Shown here in pieces: positions 37,701 to 51,996 of a stretch of DNA of 64,000 nt; the stretch's first letter is position 1, and each line of letters starts with the position of its first letter. Both the position numbers and the translations under genes were made by a program. Below the pieces are notes generated by a model that saw only the letters and a list, made by a program, of their open reading frames with translations, searched no databases and was not told the origin of the DNA. The stretch is from Torpedo marmorata (lineage: Eukaryota). The stretch is from positions 54,188,001 to 54,252,000 of the forward strand of contig OZ360226.1 of assembly GCA_977017645.1 (NCBI GenBank). The letters run 5' to 3'.

Positions 37701-39049
37701 GCTCATTAATCTCAACATGCTGCATGGTATTCTCTGGTGAGAGTTCATTGCATCAACTCAATGAGCTGTAGAAAATGATCAGTTCTTTAAAATGCATGAA
37801 AACACTATCTGACACATCACAAAGCAGACGGGGCAGATAAGACAACTCTCACTTGTCAGGCAGCTTATAAACTCCAGTAAACAGGTGTACAGATTGAAGA
37901 AAATATAACTACAAAGCAAAGTTTATACCCCCTAAGGTTTGCAAACATTGGTTAGTTATTTCTTGGAAGTTTCATTATATGACTTCCCATCTCCTAACAT
38001 AGCTATAATTCTTGCCTTCAATAATAAATCAAATTACTGGAAGAGAAATGTCTATTTTAAAGCCTTTACATATTTCCTCTCAGTTGCTTACAGCAGTGAT
38101 GGGGGGATTACTTTTCAATTCCATGATATTCTGGTGCATAGCTGGAATGTTACTGTCTCCTGCATATACTAAATAAGGTAATTGGTTCACAACGATTAAT
38201 CATTAATCATTACAATTCACCTCTCCAAGTATCCAACCTGAATGCTAGAATATTACAATGTGCAATCAGGCATAATATTTCAAAGATTCTGAGGCTACTT
38301 ATTCAATTCAAATTGTGAAATTTGTCCCAGACTAGTTTGCACAAGTCTGAGAACAATGACAACAAACAGAATTGACACCTCCCCACCAACTTCTCTAAAA
38401 TATAGTTTTAGAAAGCGGAGAAAATAATAAACCACAACAAGGAATAAAAGCTCACAGTCAGCTACTGATTGGGAACTCTTATTGGGGGTCTGCTGTTTAA
38501 AGCATCTGAAGCATGACCTCTGTCCCACTGCACTATTTGGGGAGATCTGCAAGTCTTTCCTGAATTTTTTGTTGTCTTTTCATAAGAAGGTTTCTATATT
38601 TTCATTTATTTAATAACTAGTGTCAGAATTTAAATTCAGAAATAATATTGAGCAGAGATCTTGGGGAATGTAAAACTTGACATAACATATGTTTAATTTA
38701 GATGTCCACTTTGCATAGGTATACCATTTGTGTGACCTATACCTAACTGCCCTGTGTGCCTCCTGTTGAAGTGAAGTTTATGACATATTCAGATGTGTCA
38801 TAACATGATTATTTAACAGCAAAATTTAGCAGGTTGAATGCCAGCACCTTGATAAAAAGAGTTGACTACACACAAGAAAACCTTACTTGCAAAGAGTTGT
38901 GTTTTTTTATATATAAAGGGTAACAATACTATCAGGTTATCGCAATCACCATTGATGCATCAGACCTGCAGGGCTCGTTTGTTTTGTTCATGATAACAAT
39001 GTTAACATCTGAAATGTTTCGAATCCAATTAAATGCTTTACATGAGGCG

Positions 39050-39210
39050 CAAGTGACTGCAGATGCTGGAATCTGGAACGGAAATAAATGAGATGTGAGA
39101 GGAGCTCACCAGGCCAGGCCGCTTCTGTGGACTCAAAGCGATATCTCATTTCCTTCAACAAATGCTGCTCGACCCGCTGAATTTATCCCTTGTCTTTTTT
39201 TCTTAGCTCC
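39050..39210. mobile_element. Short fold-back of PLE terminal sequence
   Basis: ctgcagatgctggaatc...gagctcaccaggccaggc followed by inverted atgctgctcgacccgctgaattt. Confidence 0.45.
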
Positions 39211-41839
39211 AAATGCTTTACGTCCCCCAGAATGTCCCAGAACCTAACGTTTTAAAGTTAACAGGTACTGGCCGATTTAAGCAATTTCTGCACCAGCTTA
39301 GTGCGTTGTCTCTTTTGGCGAGTCTTATCCTTTAACTTGCAAGGGTTATAATTTGACAACTCGTCTTGTCGGCTGCTTCTGAATCGACGACGGCTGGGAT
39401 GGCATTGGGTGAACTTTAAAAAAAAATGGTTCACTTGCAAACCCCTCGTAACTTTTTTATGGTAATTTACGAGAATACTAGAGCAAAGTTGTGGGAATGA
39501 GTCTCTGGTGTATACCAAAGGAAATATCAGACTGTCAGATTGGCTTAGAAGGAGAAATGTTCTCCTTAGCTGAGAAATCAATTCTCTTTGGCGAATAAAT
39601 AGTCAGAAAAAGTTAGTCAGCTCGCGCCTTCTGCTTGCAATATGTTGCTACATTTAAATTGAACATTTCTCTTTGCTAAACCTGAGCAACAATTCTCACC
39701 TGCCGATTGACTCCGAAATTAGGGTTTAATACCCGCGTCTCTAGATTTGCATATTTATGAAAGCACATTTCATAAGTCTTTCACTCCAATGTACCAAAGA
39801 AAATTGTCGCAACTCTTATTGAACGAAAATGTCACTTGGCTGAAGATAAATGGGTAGTCTGTAATGTGATTTCTCAACCAATTTTATAGTGTTTTATTCT
39901 GGTCCTAAATCTAATCCAAACCTGTACGAGTTCGATCACACTCCATCGATCCCTGATTTACACCAGCAAACAGCCTTATCGCCCAAATCTATGCAGCCTG
40001 AATGTTTCTTTACACAAGAAAGCAGGCCGCAGCCTCCGGTTTCTGTATTTGGCAAAAAAGAGAGCCCAGAGCAAAGAACAGGTTGCATTTTGACTCCTCT
40101 GAGTAATTTAGATGCCCCGCCATCTGTAGAATGGAAATATTTATTTTCAGTTTATGATGATCCTGTATTCCGAAAATATGGATCATGAAATGTTGGTAAG
40201 GGAGGGTTAAAATGCGCACAGTGCCTTGCGGTCTTGGAATTTAAATAACGTTTAAAATACGATTTAAAATTCTTCCAATGCATAAGAAATATTGCACTCT
40301 CATTTGTAAATGCCGAGATAAATTCTATGGTAACTTTAAATTAGTGACCGTGCGAGACTGACAAGTGATTCAATTTTGAAGGGATGGGTTAGGAAAGGGC
40401 GGATAATTAACACGGGACCAAAGCAAAGCATAATTTAGACTTATCATAAAGCTTCTTATCTTAACTAGTTGTTAGTGACTGGGACACTCCATTTACTCTA
40501 ACACTTTAAACAAACATTTGCTCAATGACTTTCAAACGAAAGATTTAACGAAACTCCGATAAGATGCTGATTCATCGACAAGGCAGCTCCCAGGCGAACA
40601 GTTTCAACAGTTTGTGTTGTCCCTTCATGTAAAGTGACAGACGGCGAACTGAAGTCTAAAAGGATCGTGTTCCTGTTCAGACGGCAGCGATGAGGCAACA
40701 TCATTTGAGTAAATTAATGCTTTTCGGTAAAATGTTTTGTTTCCACTTCCCTTTGTACTAAAGGGACTAAGTGCATCAGAAACATCAGTAATTTGAGAAT
40801 CAAGTCACACTTTAGTCCGCAAAGCAGAGGAGTTTGGGGTAAGGGGAGAGAGCGATCACTTTGAGTTGAAATATAGTCGCTGGCCTTTATTTTAAAAGGT
40901 GCGTATCTCCCTGCAGGAATGAGCGGAGATCTCAGACCGACCTTCCACACTTCCCATAGTCTGTGTTGGGGATATGTCAGGAATGAAATCTGTGTAACAG
41001 ATTTGATTTCCTGGAGGCAATCGCCTTGTAATAAAAAATTCCGGCAAAGCCTCGGATGTTGGTTTATAATTGGCTACAGAACCTCATCCAACACAAAAAC
41101 AGGTAGAATCGCTTCATAGTGACGAACGAACGTTAGCCCCGAATCCTGCACGAACGCGACCTGCTTCCTTGACCATTTGCCCGCTGCACAGAACATCTAT
41201 CGCTCTGGGGTTAAGAAGCACATTTGTTAAGTATAGGTTTGCTCTCTGCGTGCTCTCTATTTCCGACCCAAATGTATCCTGTTTCTGTCTCGCCACTCTC
41301 CGCTCTTGATCTCCCTGCCGAGTCACCCGGACAAACTGAATGTCTGCTGTAAACACCGGTCTACTTTCAATTCCCAGCATTCGGAAATTCTACCCATCTC
41401 TCAACACACACGGTAACATCTCCTTTCGACGTATTAAGGCCAAAAATATTTTAGCAACCGGCGCCCGTGTGGAACTGACGGCCAGCAGTGTCCCTGAGAT
41501 CCCCGCATTTAGCATTCTCCTCTGCCTTCAAACTAAACAAGCAAGCCTGTGTTAAAAACACAATCACAGCGTCTGCCGCCTATCGTTTTTCTCTCAGCCT
41601 GTGTTAAACCTCACGGACTGTTCGAACCTCCCCGGCAGCTACTGGATGGTCTCTTTAAATGCAATATATTGCACGTGTGTCAATTATATCACATCGCTGT
41701 GATTACAATAGTACTGAGATCGGGATGGAGACAACGCTCGCTAGTCATTTCTACCTTGTACCGAGATGTGTCTACATTTATCAACAGAAATAAAACACCA
41801 AAGTTGCAGGTGTGGAACATGATCAGGGCCTTTACTTAC

Positions 41840-41958
41840 TTGGGATTTGAGGAATTCCAATATATAGGTGCCAAAATTTCACAGTTTGATACAGCCACCC
41901 TGCACAAAACGCACACAACTCCCAAGTAGTATTTCCAAAGCGAGTTCCTTATTGCCAT
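41840..41958 (-). CDS. efnb2: Ephrin-B2 coding exon 1 (signal peptide and start of ectodomain)
   Basis: ATG at 41958 in strong Kozak context (gcgacgATGG). Encodes MAIRNSLWKYYLGVVCVLCRVAVSNCEILAPIYWNSSNP+AA, resembling the EFNB2 N-terminus (MAVRRDSVWKYCWGVLMVLCRTA...PIYWNSSN). Ends at a GTAAGT donor (41839), phase 2. Confidence 0.96.
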
Positions 41959-42459
41959 CGTCGCCGATCGCTGTTCTCCGACAAGATTGGTATAAATATA
42001 TATTTTTGCCTGTCCTTGTCCTGGGCGCGACACCTCGCAAATGTTCTCAACGGTATCCTTTTACCAAAAAAAAACACACTTCGGATCCGAGACTGCCTCG
42101 TCGAAACTTGAAATCGACCCTCGATTTCCTGTCGCTACTGATCCAGTGCTTGTTTGCTGAGCGGGGCTCCGGATCTCACACTCGGCACAATGTCCTCCTC
42201 ATTCCCCTTCTGTTCCTGTAAATTGCTGCAACTCTTTTTTTTCCCCCAGTTAGGCACTTGCTTGCATCGCAACGGCAAAATGTCAGTTGCAACCCTTTTT
42301 TTTTCTCTCTTTTAACCTTTACTATTTGCGATGCCCGAGTCTGTCCGATGGGTTGTCAACAGAGGTGCGAGACGATGTGCGCGCATGCAAGCGCACTGTT
42401 TTACGTGTGTGTTGTGTATGTCGCTCTGCTCTCCACTTGGTCACTTTCACGATCCAGGA

Positions 42460-42630
42460 CGTGATGAGCTTGCTCTTTGCAAGAAAGCTTTATACCTCCC
42501 ACTAACCCACCGTGAGAGCGCGCCCGCGCCTGCCGCCCGTTCATTGGTCCCTCCGGCCACCTGCAGCAGCAGCTCCACCTGACTGACAGGCAGTTCCACG
42601 CTCTCATTGGTTATGTGATGAGTCACTCAA
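42460..42630 (-). promoter_or_regulatory. Putative efnb2 core/proximal promoter
   Basis: Minus-strand TATAAA (42489-42494), GC box GGGCGG (about 42533-42538), two CCAAT boxes (42543-42547, 42606-42610), TGACTGACAG (42580-42589), TGAGTCA (42619-42625). TSS inferred near 42460. Confidence 0.65.
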
Positions 42631-45600
42631 TTATTTCTGGTTCCCCCATTGTTATTTCATCGGATTAAGGCTGATCTTGAAGAGTTTATTCGCAGCCAAC
42701 GTAACAGCACAGGTAACCAAATGAAACTGGGCAAATAAGCATAGCTGAAGCGTTTCTCTGTAAAACCTTCACATGATTTCATTTGCACTTGATTGCAGTT
42801 TATCATAAATCTCATTACCATCAGGAAATGAAAGTGGGTGGCGGTAGAAATGTCCCATGCTCACTTCATACTGTATCACTTCAATAAACTGGTAAAGTTC
42901 ACTCATTACAATATGGTTCCCCGTAATTTCCTGTGATTTTTTTCTATAATGGAGCAATTATGTTACATTGCGTTGGGGGAAGGGCGGGGAAGAAATCGGG
43001 TTTAACGAGTCCAATGACGGAAACCTAAATCGTAAAAAAAAAAGCAGGATAAATAACTGCGCAGCTAACTGGAAGTGCACAGTTTTGCACTATTCCATGA
43101 CTTACTGCAATGTCATGCAGTTATGGTGTGTCGAGGCAAAGGCACGCCTGTGCTGGGCACTAAGTGCATTGATGTGAAGGTAGGATATACCAGCGACCAT
43201 CCGACCGATCTTCGCCTTTCCATGGATCCACAGCGCCCACTAGAGATTTTATCTGATCATTTCACGAGATGACACTTCGATGAATCCTTATTCTCATTGC
43301 TTTCCGCAGCAGGCTCACCGGCAATCCACTGCACGGTAAATTTGTATTTTAGACTTTGTATTCATCATTAAAATGCTGCGAAGACAGTTTTGATTTGTTC
43401 ATTTAATTTTTTTCAATACCATTGAGATGATTTAAGTGCTGTAACTTTAGAAGTTCCTGGAAACTAAACATCCGGAAAAAGGGCTAAAGTCTAGAGATCG
43501 GAATCATTTTTTACATTTTAACAACATATTTTCCGAAGACATTCCACTACAGGGTGACCGAAGGTGATATTAGGTTTTTGGAACACGTTTAATTGTGTGG
43601 CATTTTTATATAAAATAGGCCGTTAAAGTGGGCAACCACGATGAACCAGAGAATCAAAAAAAATGGGTTGATATTCTGTCCACTTGATCACTTTCTGGCA
43701 TAAACCCTTACAACGCTGTTATAATTCTCCCAAATATATACCAAGACGATATATTTTGAAAATAAGAAACGCTAAATGCACAATTAACTGAAAAAGCGGC
43801 TTTCAAATTCATGGCAAATATAGTGTAAAATTAGCGGAAATTGTCTTTGTACATTGAAGTACAGTTAATGGGAAATGCTAGAATGGGCCGGATTCAGCAA
43901 ATGCCCAAATCGTCCACACTCTTTATCGATTTAAATCTGGGGCAAAAACTCAAAAGGTGCGAAAAGCGTGTTAGTTTTATCAATCAAACAAGTCGCCAGA
44001 CATTATCTCATTTACAGTTAGGTTCGGAGACCAGGATGTCTGGAATCCTGGGCTCCCAATCCAATTTAATTGGATTGGATTTTAACTGTGATTCTGGATT
44101 GTCGCATTAAATAAGAAAAGTAAAACAAAATCAGTAGGTGATTGAATCATTCCTGTCCTTGACTATGAAGAAAAAGCCGTGAATAGAGTTGTCTAAAGAT
44201 AAGCGAAATCTTCCTTTTTTTTGTTTTCGGCTTTACTTGTGGGGATTTGAAAATATTTCCGTTAAAACAACACTTTATTAGAAAGTAATTTCAAATTATA
44301 TAAATATTTTTTCTAACTTTTATGTTGTTAGTATAGAGCTGTAAGTAATTAATTGAAAGTGGGATGTTATGGTGAATCTTGGTTTGTCGATTTCAACAGC
44401 CAATACATTGGATCAACCCACGTGAAAATATCCTAAAAGGTCCCATATTTATGGTGATCATTTTGAATACAAAGGCTCTCGACAGAAATTAATTTATTAA
44501 CTCCTGTTATCTCCCTATTTCGAGTGTCGTGTTCGTCCCATTCCCATGTGCCTCCAGAATTCATCATCACAAGAAATAAAACAAACAAAAAAAATAACAA
44601 TGAGATATTCTCTCACAGTGATGTTGGATATTTGGCCATAGGTGGATACAAATCCAAGTTCATATTTTCATTCAAAGCATCAATAACAATTATCAGCCTA
44701 TTTCGTATTTGATTGCAACTGCAGCAGCAACTTTTTGGTGATATTCTTTTAGTGACAATTTGGCCATTTGGCTGCCTTGTCCTCTGAACTGGGAATAAAT
44801 GACTTAAACAGAAATCGTCACGCGTGTCTCCCAACAACAGCAAAGCATTGGGATCGATCATAAACCCTTTCAACATCACCCCTAACGACTATAGCTGCCG
44901 ACAAGTTTACTGCAGAATTTTATGTGGCAATTTGCACGATGCTCATCAAGTCGGTGGAACATTGGTAATTAATAACATAGATGGGCGGGATAGGAAATAA
45001 ACTCTGAGAAGCGTGGAAGTTCTTCAATTTCGCGACTGCAACACAAAGTAAGACCGGCTTTTTAGTGTGGAGGACAACGACCTGGATACCACGTTTACTT
45101 GCAGAGTTCCCGTTGGCTGGGACGAATTAAGTTCCAACCCCTGCCAAAACCTTTTGCTTTTGAAAAATCTTGTCTCCGCTGAATTTCCTGTTACTTCCCG
45201 GCTTGCGTGACGTACAGATTGCAGACCACAATTTATGAGAATTATATTTACGTATTGAAAAAGTAGATTAAAATGCAAGTGAGGTGCGGGGAAATTAGTA
45301 ATCGCAAATTCAAGTTTACTGGTGCTGTTTAAAATGATAAAAATGTAGTTACTATATCTTGACTTCAACTAACAACAAAGTAGACACGAATCCGAAAAGC
45401 TAACTTATTTATTTTTTTCCGAAGTGGATCTGCAGAACTATTACTTTGATCTGCTTTCTGGGGATAGCTTTAGGTTTAACCTCAAACCTACAGGAAATGG
45501 CGGATTTGCTAACTGTGAGCTTTCTCTTTTTACTGTGACCAAGACAACAGCAAAAATTGGCAGCACTGCGAAGCCAAAAAATAAAAGGAAGTTTCAGCAT

Positions 45601-46773
45601 TGCACCCGATCTATAAAGAAATTACTCCACGATGAACTGAAATGGTATCAGTTACAGATTATGCAGGATCCAGAAAACTATTTCAAAGCAAATTTGCAAG
45701 CCCAATAAATCGACATTGTCCTACAATTTTCTTTCATGGATTCGTTATGCGAAGTGGAATATTATAAATTATTATTTACCACCTGTCAGGACAACACCAG
45801 ACCTTTCAAGACCGTTTGATTGTGTGTTATTGGTAGGGTACTGTATTTTCATCTGTAATATGGTAACGAATTAAACGTGGCAGCAGAGTTCAACCTCGAA
45901 GTCTTAAAAATAAAACATTCAGATCGAGTTTATACCCCTTGAATATTTATCTCGCTCCTCTTAAAATTGAACATTTTTCGGATTACATATTGAGCAAATA
46001 GTCAAATTGTTGACTTGAGGATATTTCATTTTATGATTTTTATTTTCATTTTAATGAGATATTATCCCACCCTATTTATGGGGCAAGTCAGTATTTATTT
46101 TCCTTAAAATTCCGCCACAGGTTATCGAAATGGATAAAAAAAAATCAAGAGTTTTTTAAAAAAAAAAGGTTTGGGATACCTCGGCGTATCATTACATTTT
46201 GATTATGATAAATATTTTTAAATATAGAATCTGGTAGATTTTAATGACGAACCTGTCTTAATATAATATTTAATAATTTAAGACACATCTAAATATTTGA
46301 TAAATCTTGACCTGATGAACAAAACTTAGGATAAAATGCAAACATTTAAAGTTTCGACAGTTACCTCAGGCAAGAGGCACTACAAAGAAACGACCGTGAA
46401 TAGAGAACCTACTTCTACAATTATAATGCTAAATGATTTCTGCCAGTCTACTCTATATGTTAATAAAGCAGGTCTGTAGCTGATCAGATGAACAGTTTCT
46501 GGATAATTCTCTTCGTTTATTCGGCGTGAAAGAAAAATTTAAAAAACTTTACATTGGAATTTCACGTACACAATCATTTAAAACGCGAGACAGCTGGATA
46601 ATTTTAAATGTATTGGCTAAATGCACAGAAGAAGGTCACTCGGGACAAATGTCTTAACTTTTCTTTAAAGGCTTTTTATTTTTAGTTCCCATTTCCGTCT
46701 TACGTCCAGTTGGAAGAACATGCATTTTTGTTAAGCCTCTTTTACACATATTTCACTTTAAAAATTGTGTTTT

Positions 46774-46964
46774 AATACCTATTGGTATTATAATACTAAA
46801 TTGTAAAGAAAAAATGGATATATATCTGTAATGTACACTCTGTTATGGATGGATTAATGGAACATGTGATAATGCTTTTCTTTGTTTTTTCTCTGTAAAC
46901 GTATATAGTGAATGAACTTTTACATCCATGATTTTATGGAATTAATAAAGAGATTTAAAAAAGA
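46774..46964 (+). mobile_element. Very short L1-type 3' UTR insertion
   Basis: TSD aaaaattgtgtttt at 46760-46773 and 46965-46978; AATAAA and A-rich end. Confidence 0.6.
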
Positions 46965-49524
46965 AAAAATTGTGTTTTTTTTTTACCGTGATTCAATTCC
47001 CGCGCACACCGCAACCATTGGATCGAATGCTACAGGGAGAGCAAACGATACGATCTAGTTTGCAGAGGGGCTAAGACTAGTTCAAGTGTTCATTCAATGA
47101 CAGGTGAGGCAAGTCTGGACAAAAACGGCTTTTGAAAGCTGCATGGGTAGATTTCCGGTTCAGTGAACCCAGATAAACGACAATCAGCAGAAATTGATTT
47201 AAGAGCTAACCCGGAAATCCTGGCATTTACACTTCACGTTTTTAGCGTTTGCGTTTTTAAAATAAATTGCCTTTGTGTTATCTTACGAAAGGCTCGTGAA
47301 TTTATAAAAGTGCAATAATCACACAAAATATTATAACGAGGACTGATGTTATTGTGATCATTTTAAGAGGACGGTTTATCTAGTTTCGTAGAACTCATGA
47401 AAGTCAGCGAGTGGTAATCCAACGGAAGAGCAGACGGCAGACGGGCACTTAATCCTACCGAAAAGCTCCCCTTTAAGAGACCAGTGTTTCAAAGCATTAT
47501 ATTGTCTTGGATACTTTCTGAACCCGAATTCTATTACACTCCATTTGATTTGTTTTAATTGTTTCTACTCTTTCATCCTACATTCGTCCTGATATTGCTG
47601 TTGAATCTTTTATTATTTTTTGTGAGCACACGGTCCTTTTTCCCGGAAGTACTGATTCACTCGTTTGAATCAGCCACCTGAAGTTTTAATAACGTTGCTC
47701 TGTAGTTTTGAAAACTGATATAAAGGGCCCAGTGCCATCGAGCGAGATGCTACGAGCTTCTGTTTCGTGGAGAGTTAGACCCGAGACCACTGACAGGAAC
47801 AAAACACTACCAAAAGCTGATAGCATCATAAACCGTGAAAAAACAATGAAAGCTGTTTATGAATGTAAGATGAATGTAACTATATCCTCTGGAATTAGTG
47901 GGATATTATTATGTGTATCAATTTAATTCTCTGTCAACTAGTTTCAGTATTATTGTCGTTAATTCAAGATGATGTTCCCGTTATAGTGTATTGTTTCAGT
48001 CACTCCACTTCTACTAAAGTTTAATTAAACCACAGATACCCGCCCTCTCTCTATATTATAATAGCAAATATTAACTATCTCATAAAAGCTGTGAAATGCA
48101 ATCGCGAAGTTCGCGATGTTTACGTATGTATGGATATATGTTTTTCTTTCATTAAATAATGAGAAGTGTCTGGATCAATTTCGCTTTTTTTTTGGTTTGT
48201 TGGCTGCATAAATACGATAGTTTTGCATTGCACGATTCTGTTGGTTTTTTTTACGTTCACGAATAACATTTAATACGTAAAGCTTGGCTGTGAGATCTGT
48301 GGGTGTTCTGGGAGCTCACGATTTTTCTATTTTACAAATAGTGCCGGTGAAATGATTTTCACACATACGGCGAGGTTATCAAACCAAGCTATCTTCATGG
48401 TTGCTTCAGACTTCTGAATTCCAGCCTAAAATAACACTTTCACCGTTCACGTGGAGGATTTAATCATGTGACCAGGCCAAACGTTTACCGTTTCTTTGTC
48501 TCCCCCTAGTGCGAACGCATGCTGTGAAACATACAAACAGGTCAAAACATTTCATATTAATTCACTTTATTGGCTGAATTGGTGCCAATTCTTGGACAGA
48601 TAGGTTTTCGGAGTGAAATGCGGAATGGGGATGAGCAATGGATAAAGATTACTATTGTGCAGTGTGGACAGATACCATGCAGGGTAAAATGAAGACTTAC
48701 CAATGTTAAAACGCTAAATAACTTGAAATAATGAGATTAACATTTAAAAGAAGACATGCACACAATTCTGTAAGGAGTCAGAAAGCACATATAAGCATGG
48801 GATAAAATAATAAGAGGCAAAGAAAATGTGAGTATATCGGCGAGTGACAAAGAAGAAATCAAACTTTTTCTGTAAACATGAATGCTCAGAATTTGTGCTC
48901 AGTAGTGAAGGAACAGCGCTTCTCATTTACCTAACTACTAAAGGTGCCACAATCATCTCGCCATCTCAGCAGTGAGCTTCCCACTTTCCCACACTGTCGT
49001 CAGGCTCAAGGGTTTCCCTGTGGCAAGCAGCTGTGTCGTCATTAACCTGCCTGGAGAGCCAGTCCCTTTACAAGAATCCTCACACACAAGGATCCAGAAA
49101 GCAATATTTAATTGACATTTAAAAAATTATATGTGAAGGTTTCGGAAAATATAGGAGTAAAGTAGAAGCTGAACTCTTATAAAGGAAAATTAAAATAAAA
49201 CACCTTATATTTTAAAATACTCAAGTAAGTAAAATATCACAAAATTTATTTATCAGGGCCAGATAGTTTTCAGTAATTATGGTTTTGTCGTTAAATGATC
49301 ACTTCAACCTCATGTAACCAACGGCAAGATTCTCTTAATAATTGTCGTGGATTTTCATTCATCAGCATGAGCCTTGAACAAGCTGTCAGTTTCCAACCCA
49401 GAGTGAACACAACAACCATCAATAGTTTAATTGTAGCTACGATTGCAACTTCCATAAAAAGTTAAAAGTAGAAGTCAAGCTAAAGTGAGGCTGATGCAAA
49501 AGCAAACAAAAAAAAAGCATTTCT

Positions 49525-50790
49525 TAGAGTCAAAGAGTTGTACAAAATGGAAACAAGCCCTTCAGCCTAACTTGTCCACGTCAATCAAATTAGTCCCATT
49601 TGCCTGCATTTGGCCCATATCTCTCTAAAAGAGTCTAAATATTTCCTATCCATGTATCTGTCTAAATGTCTGTTGAACATTACAATTGTACCCACCTGTA
49701 CCACAACCTCTGGCAGCTCATTTCACATACTAATCACCCTCTATCTGAAGAAGGTGTCCCTTTTAAATCTTTCACCTCTCATCTTAACTCTATTCCCTCT
49801 CATTTTAGATTCTCCTATCTAGGGAAAAGATGATGATTATTTGCATTATCTAATACCCTCATGATTTCATAAATATCTGCAAGGTCCCCCCTTAGCCTGC
49901 TACACTCCAGGAAGTAAATTCCCAGGCTTTCCAGCCTCTCGTTATAACTCCAGCATAACAGTCCCAGTCCCATTCTCGTGAAACTTGTCTGCAGCCTTTC
50001 CAGCTTGACAATACCTTTCCAATAGCTGGGTGACCAAATCTGCACACAATATTTCAACTGCAGTCTCACCAATGTCTTCTACAGTTGACATGTGACATCT
50101 CTGCTCCTGTATTTAATGCCTTGACCGATGAAGGCAAATGTGATAAATGCTTTCTTCACCATCCTGAATATTCGTGTGGCCACTTTTCTGGAACTATGCA
50201 CCTGTACCCACAAATCTCTGTGTTCTATAACACTCCCCAGAGCCATGCCCTGTCCTGGTTTAATCCACCAGAATGAAACACCTCACATCTGTCTAAATTA
50301 AATTCCATCTGCCATTCCTTGGCCCACTTTTCCCATTCTGTTACAATTTTAGAGAATATTCTTCACAGTCCTCTGTACCACTAATTTTGGTGTCATTCAC
50401 AAATTTACTAACCATACTAACTGCATTGCCACCTAAATTGTTAATATAGAAGACAAAGAACAGTGGATCCAGCAACAATACCTGTGGCACACCACTAGTC
50501 ATTGACCTCCAATCCAAATAACTGCCCTCCATTACCATCCTCTATCTCCTACAATCAGGCTCATTCTGTATCCAATTGGCCAGCACACTCTGCATCCCAT
50601 GCAATCTGACCACCAGACCAACCTACCATGCAGAACTTTGTCAAAGGCCCAGCTAAATTCCAAGTAGACAACGTCAATGCCCTGCCTTCATCAAGCTTCT
50701 TGATCACCTCTGGAAAAAACTTAATCTAGTTTGTGAGACACAATTTCCCTTGCACAAAGCCATGCCGCCTATCCCTAATTTGTCATTGCC
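49525..50790 (-). mobile_element. CR1 LINE RT fragment and 3' end
   Basis: WRSMTSGVPQVLLLDPLFFVFYINNL...SKFVNDTK, VRLQLKYCVQIWSPS, RLRGDL; decayed. Confidence 0.88.
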
Positions 50791-51996
50791 TTTCTAATAG
50801 TCCCTTCCTGTAACTTACTCACAGTTGATGTTAAGATCACTGGTTTATCTTTTCAGCCTTTTTTCTTGTGGAGGAAGAGGCAATCTCCAGGGTACTAAAT
50901 GAGACCTGTGTATATATCTTCTCTGGATTAGGTGGTACTCTCAACACCATTATAAAGAACGAATAATGAAATAAAATAAATGTGGATAAAGTGCAAGGAA
51001 TTGTTCAGGTTGGCATTACCCAAAGGAGAAAAGTTGCTCAGTCTGGACAGGATGCATCTCAGGCTGTTAAGAGAAATGAGAGTGGAGATAGCAGCTGCTC
51101 TTCTCCAGATATTAAACACTATGCCAGAGAATTTGAGAAATGTTCTAAAAAGGAGAAAGGTTCACAATGAAAAATCTCGATATATCATTGCTTTTACCCA
51201 CCCCTCCCCAATGGATGATGTGTTCAATTCTGGATGTTACACAAAAGGAAGAGAGAACATGGACCAGATTAAGAGATTTATTAGAATGGTCCAAGGGATG
51301 TGAAATGTTAGTTACATAGCAGATCGAGAGAAACTGGAACTGTTCCCCTCAGGGCAGAAATAATCAATTGAGATGCTGAAATTGTGAAGGATATTGGAAA
51401 AAAAAGCCAAAATATTTTCAGCAACAATATTGTCAGTAACCACAATGTATAGATTTCAGGTAAATGGAAAATAATTCAGAGAGATGGAGGAATGTGTTGG
51501 TCCCTGGGGTTGCTGACAACCCAAGGGTTAATATGTGTATGTCACATCTGCCTGGCACTCTCAACAGGATATATTAAAGAAATCAATAAGTTAAAATGCC
51601 TGCTGATTAATACAATCAAAATTACATTTTCTGTATGTCATTTATGTACCTTTACACTGCTACTGAGATTAAAACAAAAGGACGACTGAACTTCATAATA
51701 TGAAGTAGCTACCTCAATGGAACTGTAAGAGTCTGTACTGAATATGTAGTCAGATGCTTAGCTGTCAAAATCAATAAAGAACTGCTGAATCCTGTTGTGT
51801 GCTGCAATCCAAGTGTGAAATATAACAGCACAAGATTACAAGCTGTCATGCCTCCCATGGGAAGGTTTGGTAAGTACACCTTATGGCCTTAAATTTGCAA
51901 AACACAATGATTGCAAGTTATTTTGTTAAATAATTGAGTGTATATATTTTAAAGACAAACTTTTCCCAGATTCTGTTTCACACTGTTTAGTTTCGA

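Larger units (their letters stand above)
11922..41839 (-). other. efnb2: efnb2 intron 1 (29918 nt, GT-AG)
   Basis: Bounded by the exon 1 donor and exon 2 acceptor; reading frame is continuous across the junction. Confidence 0.9.
38900..49050. promoter_or_regulatory. CpG-retaining (probably unmethylated) domain around efnb2 exon 1
   Basis: CpG visibly frequent here despite AT richness and rare in flanking unique DNA; few TE fragments. Boundaries approximate. Confidence 0.65.

Noticed and set aside
41959-42033. In-frame N-terminal extension from an upstream GTG
   Set aside because: ATG 41958 has a strong Kozak context and matches the known N-terminus; the extension has no support.
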